IMG/VR virus record: IMGVR_UViG_3300036773_000051
Span: 1 to 39,462 of that record
DNA: 39,462 nt
Direction: 5' to 3' (one strand)
Origin: a virus
Taxonomy: Duplodnaviria > Caudoviricetes
The position numbers were made by a program, and so were the translations under genes. Below, one piece after another: positions 8,487 through 17,824 of the stretch (its first letter is position 1; each line of letters begins with the position of its first letter). Below the pieces are notes generated by a model. That model was given only the letters and a program-made list of their open reading frames with translations. It was not told the DNA's origin and ran no database searches.

Positions 8487-9883
8487 TGCGGTTCCCGGCG
8501 CTGCTTCCGCAACGCCCTATCGGTGGTGTCCCGATGAGCATGGCGGGGGCGGATACCGCTGGGGTGTCGGACAACGCTGCCCGTACGTCCGCGCGGCCGC
8601 GCGCCGGGGCGGAGACGTTCGCGGTGGCGGACGCACAGACGCGCGTGGCCACCTATCCCCGTGCCGGCGGCGAAGCCGCTACCGTCGCCGACGCGGCGAT
8701 ACGGATCAAGGTGGCCACGCGTGCCGGCGCCGACACCGCAGGCGTCACTGACAGCGCCGGACGGACGTCCGCGCGGCCGCGCGCTGGGGTCGAGACAGTC
8801 GCTGTCACGGACGTCGCTGGCCGGTCGTTCGTGATGAGCCGCGCGGCTGCCGACACGGCGGGTGTCTCGGACGCGGCCGGGCGTACGTCGAACCGGCCGC
8901 GCGCTGGGGCGGAGACGTTCGCGGTCGCCGATGCGGCGGCCCGGTCGTTCACGATGCCGCGCGCCGGGGCGGAGACGGCGGCCGTGGCGGACAGCGCGGG
9001 CCGTACGTCGGCCCGGCCCCGTACGGGCGCGGAGACGGTCCAGGTGACTGACAACGCCACCAAGACCTACATCGTGTCCCGGGCGGGAGCTGAAACAGTG
9101 TCCGTCGCGGACGCCGTGAACCGGCTGGTCGCGATGGCGCGGGCCGGCGCGGACACGGCGGGAGTGTCCGACGCGGCGACCAGTTTCCGATCCCGGGCGG
9201 CGTCCGGGGCGGAGACGTTCGCGGTGTCCGATGCCGCCGGCCGGTCGTTGTCCCTGCCGCGCCCGGGCGCGGAGACGTTCGCGGTCACGGATACCTCGGC
9301 CCGGTCGCTGGTCACCGCGCGGGCGGCCGCCGAAACCGCCGTCGTATCGGACGCTGTTTCACGTGAAACAGCGTCTAGCCGGACGGGCGCTGAGACCGTC
9401 GCTGTGGCCGACGCCGCCGCACGGAGTACCACCAAGGCCCGGGCGGGCGTTGAGACCGTCCACGTCACGGACGCTGCCGGCCGCGCCCTGTCCCTGCCCC
9501 GCCCTGCTGCCGAAGCGGTGGCAGTGACGGACTCCGCTGCACATGTCGCCGGATTCAGCCGCGCCGGCACCGACACGTTCCACGTCACCGACGCCGCGAC
9601 CGTCGCCACCGGCACCACCCGGGCCGGCGCCGAAACCGTGCACATCACGGATATCGCGTCTCCCCGGGTGTCCCTGGTCCGGGGCGCCGTCGACACCTTC
9701 AGCGTCACCGACGTAGGCGCGGGGCATGTGGTGGACCGGTTCCCGCCGCGCCCGCCGGGGGGGCGTACGAGCGACACGCACCCGATGGGCGGCATGATCA
9801 CCACCAAGACACCCGTGGGCGGGCACACTCACAACGACACCCCGGTACGCGGCACGGTCGGGACCAGGAAGGCGGCGGCGTGA
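8486..9883 (+). CDS. Tandem-repeat virion protein (20 x 20-aa repeats)
   Basis: Consensus AGAETxAVxDAAxRxxxxxR; coupled to both neighbours. Confidence 0.8.
   Translation: MRFPALLPQRPIGGVPMSMAGADTAGVSDNAARTSARPRAGAETFAVADAQTRVATYPRAGGEAATVADAAIRIKVATRAGADTAGVTDSAGRTSARPRAGVETVAVTDVAGRSFVMSRAAADTAGVSDAAGRTSNRPRAGAETFAVADAAARSFTMPRAGAETAAVADSAGRTSARPRTGAETVQVTDNATKTYIVSRAGAETVSVADAVNRLVAMARAGADTAGVSDAATSFRSRAASGAETFAVSDAAGRSLSLPRPGAETFAVTDTSARSLVTARAAAETAVVSDAVSRETASSRTGAETVAVADAAARSTTKARAGVETVHVTDAAGRALSLPRPAAEAVAVTDSAAHVAGFSRAGTDTFHVTDAATVATGTTRAGAETVHITDIASPRVSLVRGAVDTFSVTDVGAGHVVDRFPPRPPGGRTSDTHPMGGMITTKTPVGGHTHNDTPVRGTVGTRKAAA
8543..9742 (+). repeat. 20 degenerate 60-bp coding repeats
   Basis: 19 aa + 20x20 aa + 46 aa = 465 aa, with no indels between units. 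Confidence 0.9.
9355..9370. promoter_or_regulatory. parS: Bacterial chromosomal parS site (ParB binding)
   Basis: Perfect 16-bp palindrome TGTTTCACGTGAAACA, translated as VSRET. Confidence 0.85.
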
Positions 9884-10737
9884 CAGCGAACGACACCCGG
9901 TACGACATCGGCGACACGTACCAGCTTCTGCTGGACACCACGCAGCCCACCGTCCCGCCGACCCGCGTCGACGCCGCCACCGTGACTGTGTCCGTCACCG
10001 CACCGGACGGCACCGTCGCCACCGGGTCGCTGGCCGGCGGGGAAGTCGACCACACCGGCACCGGGGCGTACGCGTACCAGAACGTCACCGACCAGCTCGG
10101 TACGTACATGTACTCGTGGGTCGCCACCGGGACGCTGCTCACCAAGCCGTGGACGGTCACGGAGTCGAGCCAGTTCACGGTCGCCGCGCCCGGGCTGCGG
10201 CTGATCTCCCTCGCGGAAGCGAAGAAAGCGCTCCGCTACCCGGACAACGACGACGGCGCCGACGACGACGAGATCTCGGAGATGATCGACTCCGTCACCG
10301 CGACCATCGAGTCCTTTACCGGCCCGGTCGTACCCAGGGATGTCACGCAGCGCATCAAGGCGCGGTGCGGGATCTTGCAGCAGTGGCCCGTCATCTCGCT
10401 GACCACCATCGACGGGAACGTCGACACCAGCGCCATCACGTTCGATGACCCCGCGTCGCAGAACATCGGCGCGTACGAATCGACCCTGACCGCCCCGGTG
10501 ACGCTGGTCTACAAGGTGGGCCGGAACCCGACCCCGGTCGTGATCCGGCAAGCCGCCCGCGAGCTGGTCAGGTACTGGTGGCAGGGCTCCCGGCAGCGGT
10601 CGATGATGACGCCGGGCACGATCCGCACCACCGACGACTACAGCGCCCGGTCGGTGACGCCGGGGCAAGAGTATGGGTTTCCGTTCGCGTTTCTGGACAA
10701 GCTGCGTGACTTCCGCCGGCTGAAGGACGCCCGCTGA
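9880..10737 (+). CDS. Head-to-tail adaptor with N-terminal Ig-like domain
   Basis: C-terminal LISLAEAKKALR..DDDEISEMI..YKVG..PVVIRQAA (gp6/gp15-like); ~105-aa beta-rich N-terminus. Confidence 0.8.
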   Translation: MTANDTRYDIGDTYQLLLDTTQPTVPPTRVDAATVTVSVTAPDGTVATGSLAGGEVDHTGTGAYAYQNVTDQLGTYMYSWVATGTLLTKPWTVTESSQFTVAAPGLRLISLAEAKKALRYPDNDDGADDDEISEMIDSVTATIESFTGPVVPRDVTQRIKARCGILQQWPVISLTTIDGNVDTSAITFDDPASQNIGAYESTLTAPVTLVYKVGRNPTPVVIRQAARELVRYWWQGSRQRSMMTPGTIRTTDDYSARSVTPGQEYGFPFAFLDKLRDFRRLKDAR

Positions 10738-11201
10738 TGCCGACGAACCAAGGCCCCACCATCATCGCGATTTTTGACACGCTCGTGGCCGCGATGCCGG
10801 AAGAGGTGCCGGTCATCCTCGGCAGTCCGGCGACGTTCGCGGCGCCCGACACGGTGGTGGTCGCGCTCGACGTGACCGACGCACAGCCGTACCGGGTCGC
10901 GACCGGCGCCCGCCGGAAAGAGGAAGCGTACGACGTGACCTGCGGCATTTGGTGTGAAGCGGGAAACGACGACATGAGGGAGAGGTTCACGCGCGGGTTC
11001 TTCCTCCGCACTGTGTTGGAGGCCGCGATTAACGCGAACCCGACGATGGGGCAACCGAACCTCACGAACACTCGTGTCACGGTTAGCGGTGGCAGCACGC
11101 TGGCCAGATACGATCCGGACATCGGCGGCACCGGCATCGAGTTGACGATCATCGTGCACGTGGACGCATCGGTATACAACCAGGGAGCGGTGACGCCGTG
11201 A
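10737..11201 (+). CDS. Tail terminator / head-tail protein
   Basis: Size, synteny, LEAAINANPTMG motif. Confidence 0.65.
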   Translation: MPTNQGPTIIAIFDTLVAAMPEEVPVILGSPATFAAPDTVVVALDVTDAQPYRVATGARRKEEAYDVTCGIWCEAGNDDMRERFTRGFFLRTVLEAAINANPTMGQPNLTNTRVTVSGGSTLARYDPDIGGTGIELTIIVHVDASVYNQGAVTP

Positions 11202-11371
11202 AGTTTCGCAGCAACGAACCAGGTCCGGTGTATCTCCCCGCGCTGGGGATCGCACACGTGGAACCGGGAGAAGAGTTCGAGGTGACCGGCGAAGCCGCGA
11301 AGCAGCTCGAAAAAGAGGGACGTTTCCCGCGTACGGACGGCCCGAAAGACAAGCCGAAAGATGGTGAGTGA
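11198..11371 (+). CDS. Small hypothetical virion protein (57 aa, not in ORF track)
   Basis: MKFRSNEPGPVYLPALGIAHVEPGEEFEV..; GTGA overlaps at both ends. Confidence 0.7.
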   Translation: MKFRSNEPGPVYLPALGIAHVEPGEEFEVTGEAAKQLEKEGRFPRTDGPKDKPKDGE

Positions 11372-12441
11372 TGACGGTCGGATCTGGGCTCTCAAGCCAA
11401 CTGGTGATCGTGCAGGAAACCACGTGGGGCACTACCCCATCGCTGGCGACCGCGAAAGCATTCGAATTCAACAAAGAAACCCTCAAGCTCAATAAGAAGG
11501 TTATCCAGTCCAAAGGGCTGCACGCGGGCGGCCAGTCGCTCCGGGCGTCCCGGCGCGCCGTGGTGTCCCGGCAGGCCGGTGGCGACGTGGAGATGGACTG
11601 CCCGATCGACTACCTCGGGGTCATCCTCATGGCCTGCCTGGGGTCGTGGGGCACCGTGCCGACGCAGATCGCGACGTCGGGCGCGTACAAGGGTGTGCAT
11701 CAGCGTGGCCCGATGTCCGGGTCGACCGCGAAATCCCTGTCCATCCAGAAGGGCGCCCCCGAGGTCTCGTCGACCGTCGACGCGTACACGTACAACGGGT
11801 GCCGGGTCACGAGTTGGGAATTCAACGCGAAAGTTGACGAATTCCTGGGTCTGAAATTCACCGTCGACGCACAGGACGAGCGTTCCACGTCCAGTACCCC
11901 CGTCGCCGGGCCTGCGCTCGCCACGGCCGCGTATTCGGCGAACGAGACCGGCATGTTTCACTTCGCTGAGGGAACCCTGCTGTCCGGCGGCACCTTGTCG
12001 CAGGCGTCCGGGGTGTGGTCCGTGACCGGCAACGCGGCCGAAGCGAACGTCACCGAATTCACGCTGAAGTCAACGAACCCGATGGCGACCGACCGGATTT
12101 TCTTGAACACGTCCGGTCTGAAGCAGGAACAGATCGACAACGATTTCTTTGCCACCACCGGAACCATGAAGCAGGAATACAGTTCCGTCGCGCAATACGA
12201 GCGGTTCCGGAACGACACGGAACTGATCCTGGTCCTGAAATTCCTCGGCCCGGTCATCGGAACCGGCGGAGAGCAGGCCACCCTGGAATTCCTGATGACC
12301 GGCGTACGGCTGAACGGCGATTCGCCGATGATCTCCGGACCGGACATCGTGGAAATCGGCGGCGATTTCGATCTGCTGGACCCGGTCGGTGCGGCCCCGG
12401 ACTTGCAGGTCACGTACATCTCCAAGGACGTGACCTACTAG
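11368..12441 (+). CDS. Major tail (tube) protein
   Basis: ETTWGT..AGGDVEM..YTYNGCRVTSWEF pattern; precedes chaperone and TMP. Confidence 0.85.
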   Translation: MMTVGSGLSSQLVIVQETTWGTTPSLATAKAFEFNKETLKLNKKVIQSKGLHAGGQSLRASRRAVVSRQAGGDVEMDCPIDYLGVILMACLGSWGTVPTQIATSGAYKGVHQRGPMSGSTAKSLSIQKGAPEVSSTVDAYTYNGCRVTSWEFNAKVDEFLGLKFTVDAQDERSTSSTPVAGPALATAAYSANETGMFHFAEGTLLSGGTLSQASGVWSVTGNAAEANVTEFTLKSTNPMATDRIFLNTSGLKQEQIDNDFFATTGTMKQEYSSVAQYERFRNDTELILVLKFLGPVIGTGGEQATLEFLMTGVRLNGDSPMISGPDIVEIGGDFDLLDPVGAAPDLQVTYISKDVTY

Positions 12442-12443
12442 CC

Positions 12444-12890
12444 ATGGCGAAGGGCAAAGCGATTGTGTCGGTCGACCCGAAACCGTTCGCGGATTTCCGC
12501 AAACGGCTGGAGGCCGCCGGCCAAGCGATGCCTGCCGAGCTAGACAACGGGTTGAAGACGTACGCGCAACTGGTCGCGGCGGTCACGAAACGGAACTTCG
12601 GCTGGTCCAGGCGGATCCCGCGCACGGTGCGGGTGGTGAAGTCGAAGCAAAACAACTGGACGGTCACGGCCGGCGGCCCGACAGCGCCCCACACCCGGCC
12701 GTGGGACCCGGCCAGCGGCAAAGCGGTCCGGGCGCCGTCGTGGCCGCGCGGGAAAGACCGCACGAAGTGGACGTGGCATAAACTGCCGCACCGGCCCGGT
12801 ATGCACGACGCTTTGCGTACGACGCAGGACAAAGGTTTGGCTCTCGTAGCGGCGAGTGTCGACAAGGCACTAGAGAAAGCGAAAAAGTAA
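12444..12890 (+). CDS. HK97 gp10-like tail-completion/neck protein (148 aa)
   Basis: Basic protein with RPGMHDAL motif; AAGGA RBS; true start ATG 12444, not 12015. Confidence 0.6.
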   Translation: MAKGKAIVSVDPKPFADFRKRLEAAGQAMPAELDNGLKTYAQLVAAVTKRNFGWSRRIPRTVRVVKSKQNNWTVTAGGPTAPHTRPWDPASGKAVRAPSWPRGKDRTKWTWHKLPHRPGMHDALRTTQDKGLALVAASVDKALEKAKK

Positions 12891-13322
12891 ATGCAGATTG
12901 AGGTCGAGTGGGAGGGGGATCTGCTGGTATGGGACCCCGAGCGGATGGACGTGAACGTCGCCATCGTCATCGAAGATTACCTTCAGGTGACGGGCCGGAA
13001 AGCGATTTTCGACGGCCTGACGGCTGATTCCGCGAAGGCGTTCCAGGCGCTCATGTTCTGGATGATGATGCAGAACGGCCGGCGAGTGGTCATCTCACAG
13101 TTGCAGTTCGACATCGGCGACTGGACCCGCGTCGCAGCGAAGGCACTGGAGGAATTCCAGGACCTGGTGGACGCGAAGTCGAAACGGGAGATCGAGGAAC
13201 GCAAAGCCAAGGGGCTGCCGGGAAAAAAAGGCCAAGGGTCCAAGACAAACGCTTCACGGAATGGCGCACAGAAAAACTCCTCGATGATTACCTCTGGGGT
13301 TTCGTCCGACTCTGCCGACTGA
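12891..13322 (+). CDS. Tail assembly chaperone (G form)
   Basis: Upstream of TMP; contains slippery G GGA AAA. Confidence 0.85.
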   Translation: MQIEVEWEGDLLVWDPERMDVNVAIVIEDYLQVTGRKAIFDGLTADSAKAFQALMFWMMMQNGRRVVISQLQFDIGDWTRVAAKALEEFQDLVDAKSKREIEERKAKGLPGKKGQGSKTNASRNGAQKNSSMITSGVSSDSAD

Positions 13323-13423
13323 CACCAGACCAAATACGGTCCCTGGACCTGCGGGAGTTCTACACGCTGATCATGGGCATCGACGAAGAAATCCGGCAGA
13401 ACGAGAAAGCGGCGAAGGGGTGA
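12891..13423 (+). CDS. Tail assembly chaperone GT fusion via -1 frameshift at 13220-13226 (~177 aa)
   Basis: -1 frame open to TGA 13423: KRPRVQ..YLWGFVRLCRLTPDQIRSLDLREFYTL.. Confidence 0.85.
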
Positions 13424-13427
13424 ACCG

Positions 13428-15791
13428 GTGTCCGGTGTAGTCAGCAATCTCCTGGTCCGCTTGACCGGCGACCCGTCCGGCGCGAACAGCGCCCTCGGGT
13501 CGATGTCGAGCCGCGCCCACGAAGCCATCGGCACCCTCGCCGGGGTCGCCGCCGCGACCGCCGGTCTCGGGGTCGGGTTGGCGTCCGCGCTGGAACAGGG
13601 CAACGTCAAAGGCAAACTGCAAGCCCAGCTCGGGCTGTCCCCAGCGGAAGCGGATTCGCTGGGCAAGACCGCCGGCAAGGTGTACTCGGCCGCGTGGGGT
13701 GACTCCCTGTCGTCGGTCGCCGACGACGTGGCGCTGGTGAAGCAGAACCTCGGGGGGCTGGCCGGCGGCGGCGCTGCGGACCTGGAAGGTCTCACGACCA
13801 AAGCGATCGCGCTCGCCGACACGTTCGGTGAAGAAGTAGGCCCGCTGTCGGTGGCGGCCGGGCAGATGATCAAAACGGGGCTCGCGAAAAACAGCAAGGA
13901 AGCGTTCGACATTCTGACCGCCGGTTTCCAGAGCGGCGCGAACAAATCCAAGGACCTGTTGGACACGTTCAACGAATACGGGACGCAGTTCCGCAAGCTC
14001 GGCCTGTCCGGGCAGGCCGCCACCGGCCTGCTGTCGCAAGGGCTGAAGGGCGGGGCGCGGGACGCTGACCTGGTCGCGGACGCACTGAAAGAATTCTCGA
14101 TCCGTGCCGTCGACGGGTCGAAGAAAACCGCCACCGGGTTCGCGGCGCTTGGCCTGGACGGTAAGAAAATGGCCGACACCATCGCGGCCGGCGGACCCAA
14201 GGCAGCCGGCGCACTCGACCTGACACTGGACCGGTTGCGTGCCATCAAGGATCCGGTGAAGCAGGCCGCCGCCGCGACCGCGCTGTTCGGTACACAGTCC
14301 GAGGACCTCGGGAAGGCCCTGTTCGCGCTGGACCCGTCGAGTGCCGCCGCCGGGCTGGGGAACTTCAAGGGCGCCGCCGACAAGGCTGTGGCGGCGGTCG
14401 GGTCGGGTCCGCAGGCCACCCTCGAGTCGTTCAAACGGCAGATCCAAACGTCGCTCGGCCAGTCGATTCAGGGTGTCCTGCCGTGGGCGACGAAACTGTT
14501 CAACGTGCTCGGGCCGTACATCCCGACGTTGACGAATATCGCGATCGCCGCCGTGGGTGTGATGGGTGCCGTGAAGGTGTTCCAGGGAATTTCGGCGGCG
14601 GCGTCGATGGCGGGGACCGCGATCAACGGCGTACGGGCCGGGGCGGGCGCGGCGTCGTCGATTTTCTCGGGGATCCGGGCCGGCGCGATGGGTGCGTTCG
14701 GGCCGGCCACGTCGGCCGCGAATGGGTTCGGGATGGCGGTCGGGCGCGGCACTGCCGCCCTGTGGGCGCATGTCACGGCCGGCGCCCGCGCCGCCGCACA
14801 GGGTGTGGCTACGGGCGCGGTGTGGGTGTGGCAGAAGGTTGTCCTGATCGCGCAAAACGTGTGGATCGGGATCGTCCGCGTCGCGACCGCCGTGTGGACT
14901 GGAATTCAGTGGCTGCTCAACGCCGCGATGGCCATGAACCCGATCGGGATCATCATCATCGCGATTATCGCGCTGGTGGCGGTCATTGTGTTGATCGCGA
15001 CGAAAACGACGTGGTTCCAGGACATTTGGCGGGTCGTGTGGGGCGCGGTCGTGGTTGCGTTCAACGCCACGTGGGGATTCATCAAGGGCGCCGGGATTGC
15101 CATCGGTAATTTCTTCACCGTGACGCTGCCGGGGTGGATCCGGGCCGGGTTCAACTTCATGATGCAGCCCGGGTTGGCGTTCGTGCGCTGGTTCCAGAGT
15201 TTCACTGTGGGCGTCGGGAACCTCGTACGCGGCGTCGGGAATTTCTTCATGGTCACCCTGCCGGGCATGATCCGGTCCGGTGTCGCGTGGGTCATCAACG
15301 CGCTGACCACGATGCCAGGCAAGATCATGGGGATTTTCAACGGCATCACGCAATGGGTCGGGAACCTCGGGCGCAACATCGTCATCGGCCTGTGGAACGG
15401 CATCAGCGGATTGGGTGGCTGGCTGTGGAACCAAGTCAGCGGGTTCGCGAAGAACATCCTGAATTCGATGATGGCGGCGCTCGGGATCGCGTCCCCGTCC
15501 AGCGAGGCTCGCGACAAGGTCGGTAAGCAGGTCGGCGCGGGTGTCGCGCTGGGCCTCACGGACAGCCTGGGGCACGTGGCCGGCGCCGCCGGTCTGCTAG
15601 CTAACGCGGCGCTCCCGAACGCTCCCACGGCCGGCGCGCGGTCGTACGGAGCCGGCGCTGCCGGGGCAGGCGCGGCTGGCGGCACGCAGCTGCTGGTGAT
15701 CAAGATCGGCGACGACACCGTGGCGAACGTCCTGCTCCGAGCCGAGCGCCGTACGGGCCTGATCTCTGTGTCACCAGGTGGTGGCGTATGA
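13428..15791 (+). CDS. Tape measure protein (787 aa)
   Basis: Ala/Gly-rich; DLLDTFNEYGTQF..ADALKEFSIR domain; TM segment; Trp/Phe-periodic repeats; LGIASPS. Confidence 0.95.
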   Translation: MSGVVSNLLVRLTGDPSGANSALGSMSSRAHEAIGTLAGVAAATAGLGVGLASALEQGNVKGKLQAQLGLSPAEADSLGKTAGKVYSAAWGDSLSSVADDVALVKQNLGGLAGGGAADLEGLTTKAIALADTFGEEVGPLSVAAGQMIKTGLAKNSKEAFDILTAGFQSGANKSKDLLDTFNEYGTQFRKLGLSGQAATGLLSQGLKGGARDADLVADALKEFSIRAVDGSKKTATGFAALGLDGKKMADTIAAGGPKAAGALDLTLDRLRAIKDPVKQAAAATALFGTQSEDLGKALFALDPSSAAAGLGNFKGAADKAVAAVGSGPQATLESFKRQIQTSLGQSIQGVLPWATKLFNVLGPYIPTLTNIAIAAVGVMGAVKVFQGISAAASMAGTAINGVRAGAGAASSIFSGIRAGAMGAFGPATSAANGFGMAVGRGTAALWAHVTAGARAAAQGVATGAVWVWQKVVLIAQNVWIGIVRVATAVWTGIQWLLNAAMAMNPIGIIIIAIIALVAVIVLIATKTTWFQDIWRVVWGAVVVAFNATWGFIKGAGIAIGNFFTVTLPGWIRAGFNFMMQPGLAFVRWFQSFTVGVGNLVRGVGNFFMVTLPGMIRSGVAWVINALTTMPGKIMGIFNGITQWVGNLGRNIVIGLWNGISGLGGWLWNQVSGFAKNILNSMMAALGIASPSSEARDKVGKQVGAGVALGLTDSLGHVAGAAGLLANAALPNAPTAGARSYGAGAAGAGAAGGTQLLVIKIGDDTVANVLLRAERRTGLISVSPGGGV

Positions 15792-17824
15792 CGATGATCG
15801 GGAAGGTCGAATACAACACGTCGACGACGTACACGCAGCCACCCACGTCCTCATGGGTGGACCTGTCGAAGTGGCTGCGCTGGAACCTCGGGGTGACTGT
15901 CACCCGGGGTCGTACGGATGAGGCGTCGACGGTCACGCCGTCGCGGTTGACGCTGGTCCTGGACAACGTTGACGGCCGGTTCACTCCCGGGAACACCAGC
16001 AGTCCGCTGTATCCGACGATCACGGTGCCGTGTTGGATCCGGTTCACGCTCGTCGACGCGTCGCTGGGCATCAGCTCCGTACGGTTCACGGGTCTGGTGG
16101 ATTCCTGGAAACCGGACGTGGCCGGCGCGAACAGCCAGAAAGTTGTCAACGTCTCCGCGTCGGACGTGCTACAGCACCTATCCCGGTTCCGGGACCTGCG
16201 GTCGACGCTGCACGAAGAAGTGTTGCAGGATGTCCCGATCGCGTTCTTTCCGATGGACGACGGCGACGACGCGCTGTCGTTCGCGGACCAGTCCGGTAAT
16301 TTGCAGCCACCGCTGCAAATCCTGTCGATCGGCGCCACCGGCTCCATTTCCCCGGGCGGGACAGACGGCCCGCCCGCCACCGGAGCGAAGGCACCCAACT
16401 TCACCCCCGACCTTGTACAGGGCGTGTCAAACCTGCCCCGGAACGGCCACGGGAAATACCTTCTCACGAACCTCTCCAATGGGTTGACGGTCGGGAACGG
16501 GCACCCGTACACCATTGAATGGTGGATGAAACTCAACCAGCAGGCCGCGAATCCCGCCTACAACAACGGAAACATCTACATCTTCCCCGGCTTGACACTG
16601 CTGGAGAGTCCCGCCAGCAACCTGTCGTCACGGTACGGCGGTATTTACCAGACCGCGTTCGGTCTCATCCCGCCGGACCCGGGGGCGCAGTCGCAGTACG
16701 GCGACGGGCACATGATCCTCCAATTGGGGACCAGCGTTTTCGGTACGCAGCCCCCAAACGGGCAGTCCGGGGCGTTAAATCCGGGGATCTGGTATCACTT
16801 CGCGTGCGTATCCGACGGCGGGTCGACAACCAGTAGCGCGAAGTTTTACATGAACGGCCATTTCATGGGCTGCACGGGAGTGACGTATCCGCCGGACACG
16901 CTGCCGGCGCCGCCGGCCGGGGTGCGGGACCTCACGTACATGGTGCTCGCCGGGCTACCTGTCTTCGGTGGTGACCTGTTGGACGGGTCGGTGGCGTACG
17001 CGGCGCTGTACGAATCGGCACTCAGCCAGCCGCGTCTGCTGTCGCATTACCTCGCAGGCCGGAACGGATTCCACGGCGAGACTCTGCGGACCCGCCTGGT
17101 CCGGCTCCTGAACTACGCCGGGTTGGGTGACCAGACCGCGAACGCGAACGTCGAAGAGTCACTCGTTCCCGTGATCCCGCAAGGAAACGGGAAAGCGCTC
17201 AGCCTCGTCAACCAGCTTGAGGTCACCGAACAGGGCATGTTCTTCATCGACGCGGCCGGGCTGCCGGCGTTCTACAACCGATCCCACCGGTACGTGTCGA
17301 CCCTGTTGACGTTGGACGCCACGGAGATCGCGAACGCCGACCTGCAACCCATCCTGGATGACCAGCGGCTACTGAACGATGTCACCACCACCACCGGTCT
17401 CGGCACCAAATCCCGCGCCACAGACGGTGCGTCGATCCTGTCGAAGGGGTATTACCAGCGGGACGTGGCGACGGTGGCCGCGTCGCCGACGCACGGAGAC
17501 GAAACGTCCCGGTGGATCATCAACGGCCGCTCACAGGTCCTGCTGCGGTGGCCGTCAATCCGGGTGGATCTGCTCACGCAACCCACGATCCGGGCAGCCG
17601 TGTTGGCGACGAAACCGCTGGACCGGTTGACGCTATCGAACCTGCCCGCCGAATACGTTTTCGGTACCACCGCAGTAGAAGGCTGGTCCGAAGCGTGGGG
17701 CCTGGAAGAACAAGCCATGGTGTTCAACGTGACCCCGAACGTCGCGCCACCCACCACCGTCTACACGGTCGGCGTCGCCGGGTCGGATGAGGTCGACACG
17801 TCGAGCGCCCGGTTGGGGTTCTGA
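15788..17824 (+). CDS. Minor tail / tail-tip hub protein with LamG-like insertion
   Basis: VTRGRTDE..LDNVDGRFTP N-terminus; YTIEWW..WYHFACV..FYMNG LamG pattern. Confidence 0.8.
   Translation: MTMIGKVEYNTSTTYTQPPTSSWVDLSKWLRWNLGVTVTRGRTDEASTVTPSRLTLVLDNVDGRFTPGNTSSPLYPTITVPCWIRFTLVDASLGISSVRFTGLVDSWKPDVAGANSQKVVNVSASDVLQHLSRFRDLRSTLHEEVLQDVPIAFFPMDDGDDALSFADQSGNLQPPLQILSIGATGSISPGGTDGPPATGAKAPNFTPDLVQGVSNLPRNGHGKYLLTNLSNGLTVGNGHPYTIEWWMKLNQQAANPAYNNGNIYIFPGLTLLESPASNLSSRYGGIYQTAFGLIPPDPGAQSQYGDGHMILQLGTSVFGTQPPNGQSGALNPGIWYHFACVSDGGSTTSSAKFYMNGHFMGCTGVTYPPDTLPAPPAGVRDLTYMVLAGLPVFGGDLLDGSVAYAALYESALSQPRLLSHYLAGRNGFHGETLRTRLVRLLNYAGLGDQTANANVEESLVPVIPQGNGKALSLVNQLEVTEQGMFFIDAAGLPAFYNRSHRYVSTLLTLDATEIANADLQPILDDQRLLNDVTTTTGLGTKSRATDGASILSKGYYQRDVATVAASPTHGDETSRWIINGRSQVLLRWPSIRVDLLTQPTIRAAVLATKPLDRLTLSNLPAEYVFGTTAVEGWSEAWGLEEQAMVFNVTPNVAPPTTVYTVGVAGSDEVDTSSARLGF

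Noticed and set aside
11228-11255. TCCCCGCGCTGGGGAT, resembling a type I-E CRISPR repeat
   Set aside because: Single copy, the loop is shorter than in true repeats, and it lies within a coupled CDS; no array or cas genes
12015-12443. Long N-terminal extension of the gp10-like ORF
   Set aside because: Overlaps the major tail gene out of frame; the RBS supports ATG 12444
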